From: an uncultured delta proteobacterium
GTDB taxonomy: Bacteria; Myxococcota_A; Polyangia; Polyangiales; Polyangiaceae
Assembly (NCBI GenBank): GCA_963841435.1
Contig: CAWJCS010000004.1
Coordinates: forward strand, 64,001-128,000
Direction of reading: 5' to 3'
DNA length: 64,000 nucleotides
The notes beneath the pieces are model-generated. The model saw only the letters and a program-made list of their open reading frames with translations. It did not search any database and was not told where the DNA came from. Both the position numbers and the translations under genes were made by a program. Every line of letters starts with the position of its first letter. Within the stretch, counting starts at the first letter, position 1. Shown here one piece after another: positions 1 through 9,591 of the stretch.

Positions 1-2181
1 CGAGAGCTCCTGCAGAGCGCCCAGGCACCAGTAAGGAATCGCGTCTTTCTGCCCGCCGAACACCAGCGCGAGCAGGACGCCGATGATTGGCGCCTGCAGC
101 AGCATGATGGCCGTGCCCCCGACGTCGCGCGCCTTGACCTTGAGGTAGCGCCCGAACAGGAGCCCGAACTGCCCTCGACTCGGTGCACGACCGGGCACGC
201 CGTGTTGGCTGCCACCCGTGCCGACGGCGCGACGCCCGGCGTACATGCGCTGGAAGATCGGGTTCTCGGGGTTCATGAACTCCGCGTTCCATTCGCGCGC
301 GGCCTGCATGCGCGCCCGGAAGCGCGGCGTCGACGGATCCTGGGCACGCATGGCCTCGTAGATGGGGCGCTCGCGCTGGTTCAACATGTCGAACATGTCG
401 CGCGGATTGTCGACGACGCCGGGCTTGCCGAGCCGGTGCAGCATCGAGCCGAAGAACTGATAGCCGTCCGACGGCGGCCCATAGAACATCGTGATGCCGC
501 CTTGCCCGAGCACGAGCGCGAGGTTGAATTTCTCGAACTCGGCCTTTGCGGGCTGGTGGATCGTGGTGATGATCGTCTTGCCCGTCTGCTTGGCGAGATC
601 GTGGAGCAGGTTGACGAGCCCCGCCGTGTCGTCGGCGGCGAGCCCGCTCGTCGGCTCGTCGAGGAACATGATCACCGGATCGGTGACGAGCTCCATCGCG
701 ATGTTGACGCGCTTGCGCTGCCCACCCGAGAGGATCTTCTTTTCGGGGCGGCCGATCTGCAGGTGAGCGACCCCTTCGAGGCCGAGCTGCGCGAGGGTCG
801 TTTCGACGCGGCGCGCGATTTCCTCTTCGGTGTAGTCGGGGGGGAGGCGGAATTTCGCGCTGTAGCGCACGGCCTCCCAGACCGTGAGCTCTGGGTGCAC
901 GATGTCGTCCTGCGGGACGTAGCCGATCGAGCCGCGCAGGGCGTCGTAGATGGCGTAGAGATCCTCGCCGTTGATGCGGACCTGACCGGTGGTCGGGGGC
1001 AGGTAACCGTTCAGCGTCAAGAGTAGCGTCGTCTTGCCCGCGCCGCTCGGCCCCATCAGCGCGATGAAGTCGCCCGGCAGCGCCTTGAAGCTCACGTGGT
1101 CGAGCAGCGTCTTGAGCTCGCTCGGGTTGTCCCGGTCCGGCACCTGCGACACGAGGTCCCAGGCTTCGATCTCGTAGAGGGGCCGGCCCGCCCAGTCGGC
1201 CTGGTCCTCGACGATGACCTCGACGCCCCGCCCCGACACCGCAAGGACGAGCGGCATCGGCCCGATGAAGACCTTCTCGCCGTTCTGGACGGGAACGCGC
1301 TGGCCCGGCGCGAGCCGCTGGCCCCGCACGTAGGTGCCGTTCGCGCTCGAGCGATCCTCGAGGAACAGCTGCCCGCCGATGCTGTGCAAGATGGCGTGGT
1401 GGCTCGAGACCTGTGGGTGCGGGATCTTCACGTCGTTGTCCGGCGTGCGCCCGATGGTCTTTTGCGTGGCGCCTCCCCCGCCGAGATCCACCTGGCCGAT
1501 CACCGTTTTGTGGCGCGGTTTGGCGGGACTCTCGGCTGCTGGCGGCTGACCCGCCGGTGCGCTCGAGAACTGTGCGGCGAGGCCCGTCGGCGCTTGCGCC
1601 GCCGCCTGCGCGCCGGGAGCCACTCCCATGGCCTGGCCGAGCTGCAGCACGAGTGCCGCGGGCAGCACGACCGGGCCGAGCGCGACATAGGCCTGCGGTG
1701 CGAGCGGCGTCGGCCGCTCGGGCGTCAGGCGCGCCCGGTCGAGCCAGGTGCCCGAGGTCGAGCCGTGGTCGACCACGGCGAAGGGGTGAAGCTCGAAGCT
1801 CGCGTGGCGTCCCGAAACGTTCGGGTGTTGGACGACGACGTGGCACTGGTCGGGGTCGCGACCGAACACGAGTCGCCCCAGCTGCTTCGGCGCGCGGCCC
1901 ACGCCGAGTAGCATCAGTGCCACGGCGGGGTGCGCGTTCGGGATGGGCGTCTGCCCGACGACGAACTGAGTGCGAAGATCGAACGGTACCGTGGCTCCCG
2001 CGGCGAGGGGAGCACCGTTCGCGAGCGTCGGCCCGGTGCCGAGATCGACGAGCAGCAGCACGCCGCCCCCCTGGTGTACGATGCGAGCGTGCTCCGCCGC
2101 GACGCCGGGCCCGCCCAAGCGGATGTCGGCATGAGGCGCACTCCCGACGACGATGGTCTGCTTGCCGAATCCGGGAACCAT
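1..2181 (-). CDS. FHA-domain ABC transporter ATP-binding/permease protein (three FHA-like domains + ABC ATPase; runs off window start)
   Basis: Not in ORF track; translated by hand from ATG 2181 ([14 protein letters not shown]...). FHA motifs [21 protein letters not shown] and [21 protein letters not shown]. Walker [10 protein letters not shown], signature LSGGQRKR, Walker [11 protein letters not shown]. Confidence 0.92.
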   Translation of the reverse strand, partial: MVPGFGKQTIVVGSAPHADIRLGGPGVAAEHARIVHQGGGVLLLVDLGTGPTLANGAPLAAGATVPFDLRTQFVVGQTPIPNAHPAVALMLLGVGRAPKQLGRLVFGRDPDQCHVVVQHPNVSGRHASFELHPFAVVDHGSTSGTWLDRARLTPERPTPLAPQAYVALGPVVLPAALVLQLGQAMGVAPGAQAAAQAPTGLAAQFSSAPAGQPPAAESPAKPRHKTVIGQVDLGGGGATQKTIGRTPDNDVKIPHPQVSSHHAILHSIGGQLFLEDRSSANGTYVRGQRLAPGQRVPVQNGEKVFIGPMPLVLAVSGRGVEVIVEDQADWAGRPLYEIEAWDLVSQVPDRDNPSELKTLLDHVSFKALPGDFIALMGPSGAGKTTLLLTLNGYLPPTTGQVRINGEDLYAIYDALRGSIGYVPQDDIVHPELTVWEAVRYSAKFRLPPDYTEEEIARRVETTLAQLGLEGVAHLQIGRPEKKILSGGQRKRVNIAMELVTDPVIMFLDEPTSGLAADDTAGLVNLLHDLAKQTGKTIITTIHQPAKAEFEKFNLALVLGQGGITMFYGPPSDGYQFFGSMLHRLGKPGVVDNPRDMFDMLNQRERPIYEAMRAQDPSTPRFRARMQAAREWNAEFMNPENPIFQRMYAGRRAVGTGGSQHGVPGRAPSRGQFGLLFGRYLKVKARDVGGTAIMLLQAPIIGVLLALVFGGQKDAIPYWCLGALQELS

Positions 2182-2258
2182 GCACCGGCTCTAACAGACC
2201 CAAATCCCCGATGGAACCGGACGTGGCGAAGCGGCGCGCCGCGCCTTATCTTGTGAGT

Positions 2259-3491
2259 ATGGGTCAGGCATACATCATCGACGCCGTCCGAACGCCCCGA
2301 GGGCGTGGGAAGGCAGGCAAGGGTGCGCTGAGCGCCATCCACCCGCAGGAGCTCCTCGCGCAGGTGCTCCAGCAGATCGTGCGGCGCAACGACGTGCACG
2401 CCCAGGACATCGAAGACGTCGTGGTCGGCTGCGTCTCCCAGGTGAAGGAGCAGGGCGCGAACCTCGCGCGCAACGCCGTCCTCGCGGCTGGCCTGCCTGA
2501 CGCAGTGACGGGCGTGACGCTGAATCGCTTCTGCGGGTCGGGCCTTCAGGCCTGCAATTTCGCAGCGCTCGGCGTGATGGCCGGGCAGCAGGATCTGGTC
2601 GTGGGAGGCGGCGTGGAGAGCATGTCGCGCGTGCCGATGGGCTCGGACGAAGCGATGATGGATGGTCTCAATCTCGAGCTTCGCAAGAAGGTGTTCCAGG
2701 TACCCCAGGGCATCAGCGCCGATCTCATCGCCACGCTCGACGGCCTGTCTCGTGAAGACGTGGACCGCTTCGCGCTCGAAAGCCAGGCACGCGCCGCTCG
2801 TGCCATCGAGGAGGCGCGTTTTTCGAAAAGCCTGTTCCCCGTGCTCGCGGCCGACGGCACCGTCGCGCTCGATCACGACGAGCACCCACGGGCCGACACG
2901 ACGCTCGAGGGGCTCGGTTCCCTCGACCCCGCCTTCGCCAAGCTCGGCGCGATGCCCGCTGGGCCCGCCGGCGAAACGCTCGACGCACTGGCGCTCGCCC
3001 GCTACCCCGAGGCGAAAGCCATCCGGCACGTGCACCACGCCGGCAACTCGAGCGGCCTCGTCGACGGCGCCGCCGCGGTGCTCTTCGCCTCCGAGGACTA
3101 CGTGAAGAAGAGCGGGCTCAAGCCTCGCGCCCGCGTGCGCTCCGTGGCGACGCTCGGGACGGAACCGGTGATCATGCTCACGGCGCCCGCCCCCGTTTCG
3201 GAGCGTGCTCTCAAGAAGGCGGGGATGAGCGTGAAGGACGTGGACCTTTTCGAGATCAACGAGGCCTTCGCCGCGATTCCGCTCGACACGATGCGAAAGC
3301 TCGAGCTGGACCACGAAAAGGTCAACGTCAACGGTGGGGCCATCGCGCTCGGGCACCCGCTCGGCGCGACCGGGGCCATTCTGCTCGGCACCGCCTTGGA
3401 CGAGCTCGAGCGCCGGGGGCTCGGGACGGCGCTCGTCACCCTGTGCATCGGCGGGGGTATGGGCATCGCCACGATCATCGAGCGGCTCTGA
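2259..3491 (+). CDS. Acetyl-CoA C-acyltransferase (thiolase)
   Basis: [48 protein letters not shown] motifs; start re-called to ATG 2259. Confidence 0.96.
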   Translation: MGQAYIIDAVRTPRGRGKAGKGALSAIHPQELLAQVLQQIVRRNDVHAQDIEDVVVGCVSQVKEQGANLARNAVLAAGLPDAVTGVTLNRFCGSGLQACNFAALGVMAGQQDLVVGGGVESMSRVPMGSDEAMMDGLNLELRKKVFQVPQGISADLIATLDGLSREDVDRFALESQARAARAIEEARFSKSLFPVLAADGTVALDHDEHPRADTTLEGLGSLDPAFAKLGAMPAGPAGETLDALALARYPEAKAIRHVHHAGNSSGLVDGAAAVLFASEDYVKKSGLKPRARVRSVATLGTEPVIMLTAPAPVSERALKKAGMSVKDVDLFEINEAFAAIPLDTMRKLELDHEKVNVNGGAIALGHPLGATGAILLGTALDELERRGLGTALVTLCIGGGMGIATIIERL

Positions 3492-3531
3492 GCGCCCGGC
3501 CGGCCGCCTCGAAAAAAAACAGCACCCGACC

Positions 3532-3559
3532 TGTTCAACCGGCGGCGGCGCCGTTCGAT
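3532..3559 (+). promoter_or_regulatory. Possible ECF42-type promoter (TGTTCA-N18-CGAT) for the YciI-sigma pair
   Basis: Imperfect match to the ECF42 TGTCGA/CGAT-type motif, about 50 bp upstream of the YciI gene. Confidence 0.3.
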
Positions 3560-3611
3560 TACTGCTCGAACGCCGGCCCAATGGGGGTTGGCCTTCCGAA
3601 GGAGAATGGTC

Positions 3612-3968
3612 ATGGAATACGTGCTTTTGATTTACGAAAACGAGGCCGAGGCGAAGGGCATGAGCCCCGAGGCGAAGGGCAAGATGTTTCAGGAGTATGG
3701 CGCCTTCACCGAGAGCATCAAGCAAAGCGGCGCCATGCGCGGCGGACAGCCGCTCGAAAGCGTCAGCACCGCGACGACCGTCCGCGTGAAGGGCGAAAAG
3801 ACGCTGCGCACGGACGGCCCCTTCGCCGAGACGCGCGAGCAACTCGGTGGCTTCTATCACATCGAGGCCAAGGATCTCGACGAGGCGGTGAGCATCGCGG
3901 CGCGTATCCCGGCGTCCCGTTCGGGGTCGATCGAGGTGCGGCCCGTCATGAAGATCCCGGGCATGTGA
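3612..3968 (+). CDS. YciI/DGPF-domain protein
   Basis: ATTVRV...[16 protein letters not shown]...IEVRP; GGAGA RBS upstream. Confidence 0.93.
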   Translation: MEYVLLIYENEAEAKGMSPEAKGKMFQEYGAFTESIKQSGAMRGGQPLESVSTATTVRVKGEKTLRTDGPFAETREQLGGFYHIEAKDLDEAVSIAARIPASRSGSIEVRPVMKIPGM

Positions 3969-5251
3969 GCGCCCTGTCGGCGGCCTTGCTCCGCGGCCCG
4001 AGTGCTAGCCTCGGGCCCGTGGACGCGGCCGTCTTCGGTGAGCTTTACCGGCGTGAGTCGGGAGCGATCGTCGCGCGCATGATCCGCGTGCTCGGCGGCG
4101 ACTTCGCGCTCGCGGAAGAGGCCGTCCAGGACGCGTTCGAGGCGGCTCTCGCGCAGTGGCGAAGCGACGGCACGCCGCCCAACCAGCGCGCGTGGCTCCT
4201 GCGCACGGCGCGCAACAAGGCCATCGATCGCCTGCGGCGAGCGCGCTTCGAGGTGCCCGCCGCCGACGAGGCGCTGCTCGACGCGCTGAGCCGCGATCCT
4301 TTCGAGGACGACGCCCCACCCACCGAACAGGATGACCGGCTTCGCCTCATCTTCACCTGCTGCCACCCTGCGCTCGGGCTCGAAGCACAGGTGGCGCTCA
4401 CGCTTCGCACCCTCTGTGGCCTCGGCACCGAGGAGGTGGCGCGCGCGTTTCTCGTCGAGCCGGCGACGATGGCGCAGCGCCTCGTGCGGGCCCAGCGAAA
4501 GATCAAGGTGGCCCGGATTCCGTATGCCGTGCCGGGGCGCGAGGACCTCGACGAGCGGCTCGATGCCGTGATGAGCGTCGTGTACCTGGTCTTCAACGAG
4601 GGCTACGCGGCGACGGCGGGCGACGTCCTCGTTCGGCGCGAGCTCTGCGCCGAGGCCATCCGCATCGGCCGTCTGCTCGAGGCGCTCATGCCCGAGCGTC
4701 CCGAGCCGGCGGCGCTCCTCGCGCTCATGCTGCTGCACGACGCGCGTCGCGACGCGCGCATCGACGCCGCGGGCGAGCTCGTGCTGCTCGACGCTCAGGA
4801 TCGCACGAAGTGGGATCACGCGCAGATCGCCGAGGCGCTGCCGCGCGTGGAGCGGGCGCTTCGCGTGGGGGCGACGCCTTACGCCCTGCAAGCCGCGATT
4901 GCGGCGCTCCACGCGCGCGCGCCGCGTGCCGTCGACACGGATTGGCCCCAGATCGCGGCGCTCTACGCGGCGCTCGAGCGCCTCACGCCGACCGCCGTCG
5001 TGCGGCTGAATGCCGCGGTCGCGCTCGCCATGGCCTGGGGGGTCGAGCGGGGGCTCGAGGCGCTCTCGCGTCTCGAAGCGAGCGGCGAGCTCGGTCAAAA
5101 TCACCTTTACTTCGCGGCGCGCGCCGAGCTCTTGAGCCGTGCAGGTCGCGATGACGAGGCGCGCGGCGACTACGAGCGCGCGCTCGCGCTCGCACGGAGC
5201 GAGCCCGAGCGGCGCTTCCTCGCGAAGAAGCTCGGACGGGCGGCGAGCTGA
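3965..5251 (+). CDS. ECF sigma-70 factor with C-terminal TPR-like extension (ECF42 type)
   Basis: AEEAVQDAF, WLLRTARNKAID, DDRLRLIFTCCHPAL, FNEGY, TDWPQI; GTGA overlap with the DGPF gene is the typical ECF42 context. Confidence 0.9.
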   Translation: MSALSAALLRGPSASLGPVDAAVFGELYRRESGAIVARMIRVLGGDFALAEEAVQDAFEAALAQWRSDGTPPNQRAWLLRTARNKAIDRLRRARFEVPAADEALLDALSRDPFEDDAPPTEQDDRLRLIFTCCHPALGLEAQVALTLRTLCGLGTEEVARAFLVEPATMAQRLVRAQRKIKVARIPYAVPGREDLDERLDAVMSVVYLVFNEGYAATAGDVLVRRELCAEAIRIGRLLEALMPERPEPAALLALMLLHDARRDARIDAAGELVLLDAQDRTKWDHAQIAEALPRVERALRVGATPYALQAAIAALHARAPRAVDTDWPQIAALYAALERLTPTAVVRLNAAVALAMAWGVERGLEALSRLEASGELGQNHLYFAARAELLSRAGRDDEARGDYERALALARSEPERRFLAKKLGRAAS

Positions 5252-5275
5252 CGGCTCGGCGCCGCCGCCTGCGTT

Positions 5276-5692
5276 TTACGGTGGGCACTCGCTCGTGCCC
5301 ACGTAGTGGAGCCGCAGCGTATCCTCCGCGAGATCCACGACGACGTCGTCCGAGCCGCCGGCTTCGAGGAAGGCGTTCGTGTAGTCGCGGCGCGCGATCT
5401 CGCCGCCGTTGCCGTTCCGGACGATGACCGAGATGCCCTGGTCGCGCGGGACGTACTCGACGGAGTACGGCTGCATTCCGCCCGGTCCGCCACCAGCGAC
5501 GCCGCTCGCCGCCGAGCCCGTGGCCCCCGCGCCCGACAGGATGCAACCGCGACCGACGAGAGTTTCCGTGCCCTGCCGCGTGTAGAATTCCTGGTACGAG
5601 AGGTACGGATCATCGCCACCGCAGCCTGCCGCGAGCGCCCCGAGCAGCCACCACCACGAAGCCCCCGAGCATCTGCTGGCACCACGGCTCAT
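5276..5692 (-). CDS. Hypothetical lipoprotein
   Basis: Signal peptide with lipobox LAAGC; co-oriented with upstream FHA genes. Confidence 0.7.
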   Translation of the reverse strand: MSRGASRCSGASWWWLLGALAAGCGGDDPYLSYQEFYTRQGTETLVGRGCILSGAGATGSAASGVAGGGPGGMQPYSVEYVPRDQGISVIVRNGNGGEIARRDYTNAFLEAGGSDDVVVDLAEDTLRLHYVGTSECPP

Positions 5693-5774
5693 GACCTCAC
5701 CTCACGGCCTTGAGTTTCCCCCTCTCGAGCCGGCCTTCAACCTCTTTCCGGCGGGCGGGGGCGTGTGGGTAGAG

Positions 5775-8042
5775 TCAGCCCACGCGGGCGCTGAACTCGA
5801 CCGGGCCGAAGCGAACGATCGAGCCCGTGGGGATCGGCGTCCAGACGCCCGGCGAGAGGCGCGCACCGTTGACCAACGTGCCGTTGTTGCTGTTCTCGTC
5901 GCGGACGAGGAGCTGGCCGTTGTCGAGGCGCACCGTGGCGTGAACGCTGGAGACGCGCGGCTCGTTGAGCACGATGGCGCATTTTTCCGTGTCCCGGCCG
6001 GCGCGCATCTCCTGGCCGGAGAGGATGGTGAACAGTCCGGCCGAGCCCTGGAGCGTGGCGCTCGAGCCGCCGTACGGGCTCGGGGGCGCGTCCTGGGGAG
6101 GAGGCGTCGCGACGCCGAGCGCCGCCGCCTGGCCCGGGGCCCCGTACAAGAACTCGGGGCTCGGAGGCGTGCCGGGTGCTGCTCCGTAGCCGCCACCACC
6201 TGGAGGAGGACCACCGCCGTACCCACCGGGCGGGTTGCCGCCGCCGTAACCGCCGGCAGGACCGCCGCCGCCGTAACCACCGGGCGCACCCCCATAGCCA
6301 CCGGGCGCACCCCCGTAGCCGCCGGGGGGCCCGTAGCCCGGACCCGCCGGGGCCGGCGGCGTCGGACCACCGCGCTTCTTGCCGCCGCCGCGGAGCAGCA
6401 CGACGAGCAAGAGCGCGACGACGACGACGCCGAAGGCGCCACCGAGGATCAGCATGAGGTTGAGCGGCGGCGTCGTGCCCTTGAGCTGGATGATGCTGTC
6501 GGCGGTGACGCCGCTCGTGCGGTGCGCGCGGTTGTCGTAGAGCACGAGCCGCACTACGGCTTGCTCGCCGGAGCCGTGCAGGATCTTGTCCTTGTCGGGC
6601 GCCATGAGCTCCACGTACGTGTCGCTCGCCTCGATCGCCGTGCCCTTCATGCCCATCGCGATGAGCTGCTGCTGGGTCCGCTTGGCTTGCTCGATGTTCG
6701 CGCCCGCGAGCGCTGTCGGTAGCGGCTGCCCCGCCGGCAGGAAGTAGACTTCGGCGCGAGACTTGTCGCCGCCCCAGCAGAAATCGCCGTACACCCGGAA
6801 GCGCCCGCCGGGGTAAACGCCCTCCCGCTTGGCGATTTCCTGCGAATACTGCAGGTTCACGTCGAGCGGCCAGGTCGTCGGGTCGATGCCGATCGGCACG
6901 TCCTTGAACGTGTTGTCGCCGAGCAGCGGCGTGCTCATGTCCTTGAAGAACAGCTTGAAGCTCTGCGTCACGCTCGGGGCGACGCAGGAGACGCGCCACC
7001 TCACGAGGCTCATCTTCGAGAAGCGCTGCCGCACGGTGCCGACGATCGCGGGCGCGCGACTACCCTGACCCTCTTGCACCACCGTGAAGAACCCGCCGAT
7101 GTCGGGGTTCGCGAGGTTCTGCATGAACTCGAGTGAGTTCTGGCGAAACTCGTCGAGCGTCCGGAGCGGGAAGTAGACGCTGATGACGGGGACGGGCGAC
7201 TTCGGCAGCGCCGTGTTGTCCTCGGGGAAGCGGCCGTTGGCGAGATACTGCTGGAGCTGCAAGGCGCCCGGGCCCGTCGTCGCTGGGTCGGCACCGCCGA
7301 AACCGCTCGAGAGCACGACCATCGCCTGGTGCAACGGCACCTTCACGTCCTCGCCGACATTGCCGAGCGAGCCGAAGCCGTCCGTCGCCGCCGACTTGAT
7401 GATCGTGAGCAGCGAGCGGTTGCGGCCGCTGTTCGGGTAGGTCTCCGTGGCGGCGGAGATGAACGCGGCGCCGCTCTTCTGGGCGCCCGCCATCCACTTC
7501 GAGTCGCGCACGACCTGGCGGTCGTTGAAGAACATCAGGTCGACGATGTCGCTCGGTCCGAGGCTCGCTATGAACTGCTGGGCGACGGCCTTCGCGTCCT
7601 CGAACGATTTGGACATGCGCCGGTCGGCGTCGATGAGGATGAGCCAGGCGGTGCCCACACCGGGCTGCTGCTGGCTATCGCCCCACGACGCGTGGCTCAC
7701 GTACTTGGCGGGGAAATCGCTGCCTTCGACCGCCACGGTGAAGATGGCGTTGGACGCCGGGAAAGGGAACGGCGTGTAAAGGGCGAACGGACGCTCGAGC
7801 GCCTGGCTCATGCAGTCGAGCTGGGCGTTGCCCGTCATGCGGGCGCAGGTCGTGGTCGCGTCGCTGATGCGCTTGCTCTGTGCGACCTCGACCACCGTGG
7901 TGAGCACGGGGTTGCCGTTCTGCGACGCGGCGCGCGGGTCGATGCGCAGGATGCGCGCCTGCGGCGCCGCCAGAGCAGCGCCCGCGAGGAGCGAAGCCGC
8001 GAGCCCGGCCGCCAGCGCCTGCAATAGTCGGGAAGCCCGCAT
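5775..8042 (-). CDS. Membrane protein: signal peptide, VWA-like ectodomain, TM helix, Gly/Pro/Tyr linker, C-terminal FHA
   Basis: WLILIDADRRM (VWA-like), TM ILGGAFGVVVVALLLVVLL, FHA GRDTEKC..EPRVSSVHA..DENSNNGT. Confidence 0.85.
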   Translation of the reverse strand: MRASRLLQALAAGLAASLLAGAALAAPQARILRIDPRAASQNGNPVLTTVVEVAQSKRISDATTTCARMTGNAQLDCMSQALERPFALYTPFPFPASNAIFTVAVEGSDFPAKYVSHASWGDSQQQPGVGTAWLILIDADRRMSKSFEDAKAVAQQFIASLGPSDIVDLMFFNDRQVVRDSKWMAGAQKSGAAFISAATETYPNSGRNRSLLTIIKSAATDGFGSLGNVGEDVKVPLHQAMVVLSSGFGGADPATTGPGALQLQQYLANGRFPEDNTALPKSPVPVISVYFPLRTLDEFRQNSLEFMQNLANPDIGGFFTVVQEGQGSRAPAIVGTVRQRFSKMSLVRWRVSCVAPSVTQSFKLFFKDMSTPLLGDNTFKDVPIGIDPTTWPLDVNLQYSQEIAKREGVYPGGRFRVYGDFCWGGDKSRAEVYFLPAGQPLPTALAGANIEQAKRTQQQLIAMGMKGTAIEASDTYVELMAPDKDKILHGSGEQAVVRLVLYDNRAHRTSGVTADSIIQLKGTTPPLNLMLILGGAFGVVVVALLLVVLLRGGGKKRGGPTPPAPAGPGYGPPGGYGGAPGGYGGAPGGYGGGGPAGGYGGGNPPGGYGGGPPPGGGGYGAAPGTPPSPEFLYGAPGQAAALGVATPPPQDAPPSPYGGSSATLQGSAGLFTILSGQEMRAGRDTEKCAIVLNEPRVSSVHATVRLDNGQLLVRDENSNNGTLVNGARLSPGVWTPIPTGSIVRFGPVEFSARVG

Positions 8043-8998
8043 CAGACGATCTTCACGATGGCGACGTAGCCACCGAACCGCACAACGTCGCCGTCCTTCA
8101 GCTCGTGCTTCTTGCCCCGCTCCAGCATCAAATCACCCACGAACGTTCCGTTCGTGCTGCCGATGTCCTCGACCTTGATGCGGCCGGGGCGCGCCGCAGC
8201 CCAAAGGACGGCGTGGCGCGACGACGCCGTGCCGTGCTCGAGCTCGATCTGGGCCCCCGACCCCGCGCCCTTGCGCCCGACGAGCGTCTGACCCTGAAGG
8301 ATCGGGTACGACACGCCGAGCTCGCTACCCTCGTAGCTCACGAGGAAACCCGCGAGCACGCGCGGCGCGTTCGGGTCAACCTGTTCGGGATCGAGCGACG
8401 GCTGTTGGCGCTCCTGAGGGCGGGGCGAGGGAGGCGGTGCTACCGGCACCATCGGCGGCTGCTGCGGACGCTGCGCGCCGTAGTCGTTCGGCATGGCGGG
8501 CGGCGGACTCGTGCCCGGATACTGATTTTGTCCCCACGGGGGCGCGGCCGGCGGGGGCTGCTGGGGAGCGCCGGGATAGGGCGTGCCGTAGCCGCCCTGA
8601 TATCCCGGCTGCGGAGCTTCCTGGCCGCCTGGGTTCGGTCCCACCGTGGCGCCGAACGGGTTCGGTCCCTCGGGCGGTCCGTAGCCTGGTTGCGGGCTCG
8701 GCGCGTAGCCGCCCTGTGGCTGATAACCACCTGGCGCCGGCCGCGGCTGTCCCCACCCCGCGTTCGGATCGCCCTGAGGCGGTGGTTGCTGGGGCGGCGA
8801 GCCATAGCCCCAGTTCGGCTGGCCCTGTGGCGCTGGCTGAGGCGAGCCGTAGCCGCCCGGATTCTGGGGAGCCGGCGCCGGCTGCGGGTTGGCAGCTGGC
8901 TGGGATTGTGACGGCGTTTTCTGAACGGGCGCCCCGCACGACAAGCAAAACTTGTTCGTGGGTTGGTTCTGGGCGCCGCAGCGGGCGCAAACAATCAT
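8042..8998 (-). CDS. Zinc-ribbon / Pro-Gln-rich / FHA domain protein
   Basis: CARC..FCLSCG; C-terminal VGRK..SSRHA..DIGSTNGT; 1-bp overlap with next gene. Confidence 0.88.
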   Translation of the reverse strand: MIVCARCGAQNQPTNKFCLSCGAPVQKTPSQSQPAANPQPAPAPQNPGGYGSPQPAPQGQPNWGYGSPPQQPPPQGDPNAGWGQPRPAPGGYQPQGGYAPSPQPGYGPPEGPNPFGATVGPNPGGQEAPQPGYQGGYGTPYPGAPQQPPPAAPPWGQNQYPGTSPPPAMPNDYGAQRPQQPPMVPVAPPPSPRPQERQQPSLDPEQVDPNAPRVLAGFLVSYEGSELGVSYPILQGQTLVGRKGAGSGAQIELEHGTASSRHAVLWAAARPGRIKVEDIGSTNGTFVGDLMLERGKKHELKDGDVVRFGGYVAIVKIV

Positions 8999-9082
8999 GC
9001 GAAAACTCCGGTCCGCGAGCATTGCCCCAGGCCGCGTCCGGGGCAAGCGCGAGGCAGCATAGCCTCCCCACCCCCTCCGAGC

Positions 9083-9442
9083 CTAGCGGTCCTTCTCGTC
9101 CTGGACGCGGGCGGCTTTGCCGGAGAGGTTCCTGAGGTAAAACAAGCGGCCACGGCGTACGACGCCGCGTGAGACGACCTCGATGCGCTCCAGACGAGGA
9201 GAATGGAGCATGAAAATGCGCTCGACGCCCACGCTGAAGCTCACCTTGCGGACGGTGATCGTGGACCTCACGCCCGCCCGGTGGCGCTTGATGACCACGC
9301 CACGGAAGACCTGCACGCGGAGCTTGTCTCCCTCGACGATCTTGTAGTGAACGGCGATCGTGTCGCCGACTCTGAAGTCCGGGAGATCCTTACGGATTCC
9401 AGCAGCTTCGAGGGCCTGGATCTTGGAAAGCGTGGCGAACAT
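9083..9442 (-). CDS. rplS: 50S ribosomal protein L19
   Basis: [40 protein letters not shown]. Confidence 0.97.
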   Translation of the reverse strand: MFATLSKIQALEAAGIRKDLPDFRVGDTIAVHYKIVEGDKLRVQVFRGVVIKRHRAGVRSTITVRKVSFSVGVERIFMLHSPRLERIEVVSRGVVRRGRLFYLRNLSGKAARVQDEKDR

Positions 9443-9591
9443 CGAGGGGGGCCTCTCTTGGAGAGCGGGCGCGGGATTATGCACCCTCGAGGGGGCCCGT
9501 CAAGCGGATCGGCCTCGGATTTCCCCGCAAGAGCCGCTTTCACGCCCGCTCGGCGGTTGTCTCCGTCGCTGGACCATGGGATGGGCGCTCC

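Noticed and set aside
202-1911. Long plus-strand ORFs here and similar Arg/Ala-rich ORFs throughout
   Set aside because: Antisense or off-frame shadows of real genes, expected in high-GC DNA.
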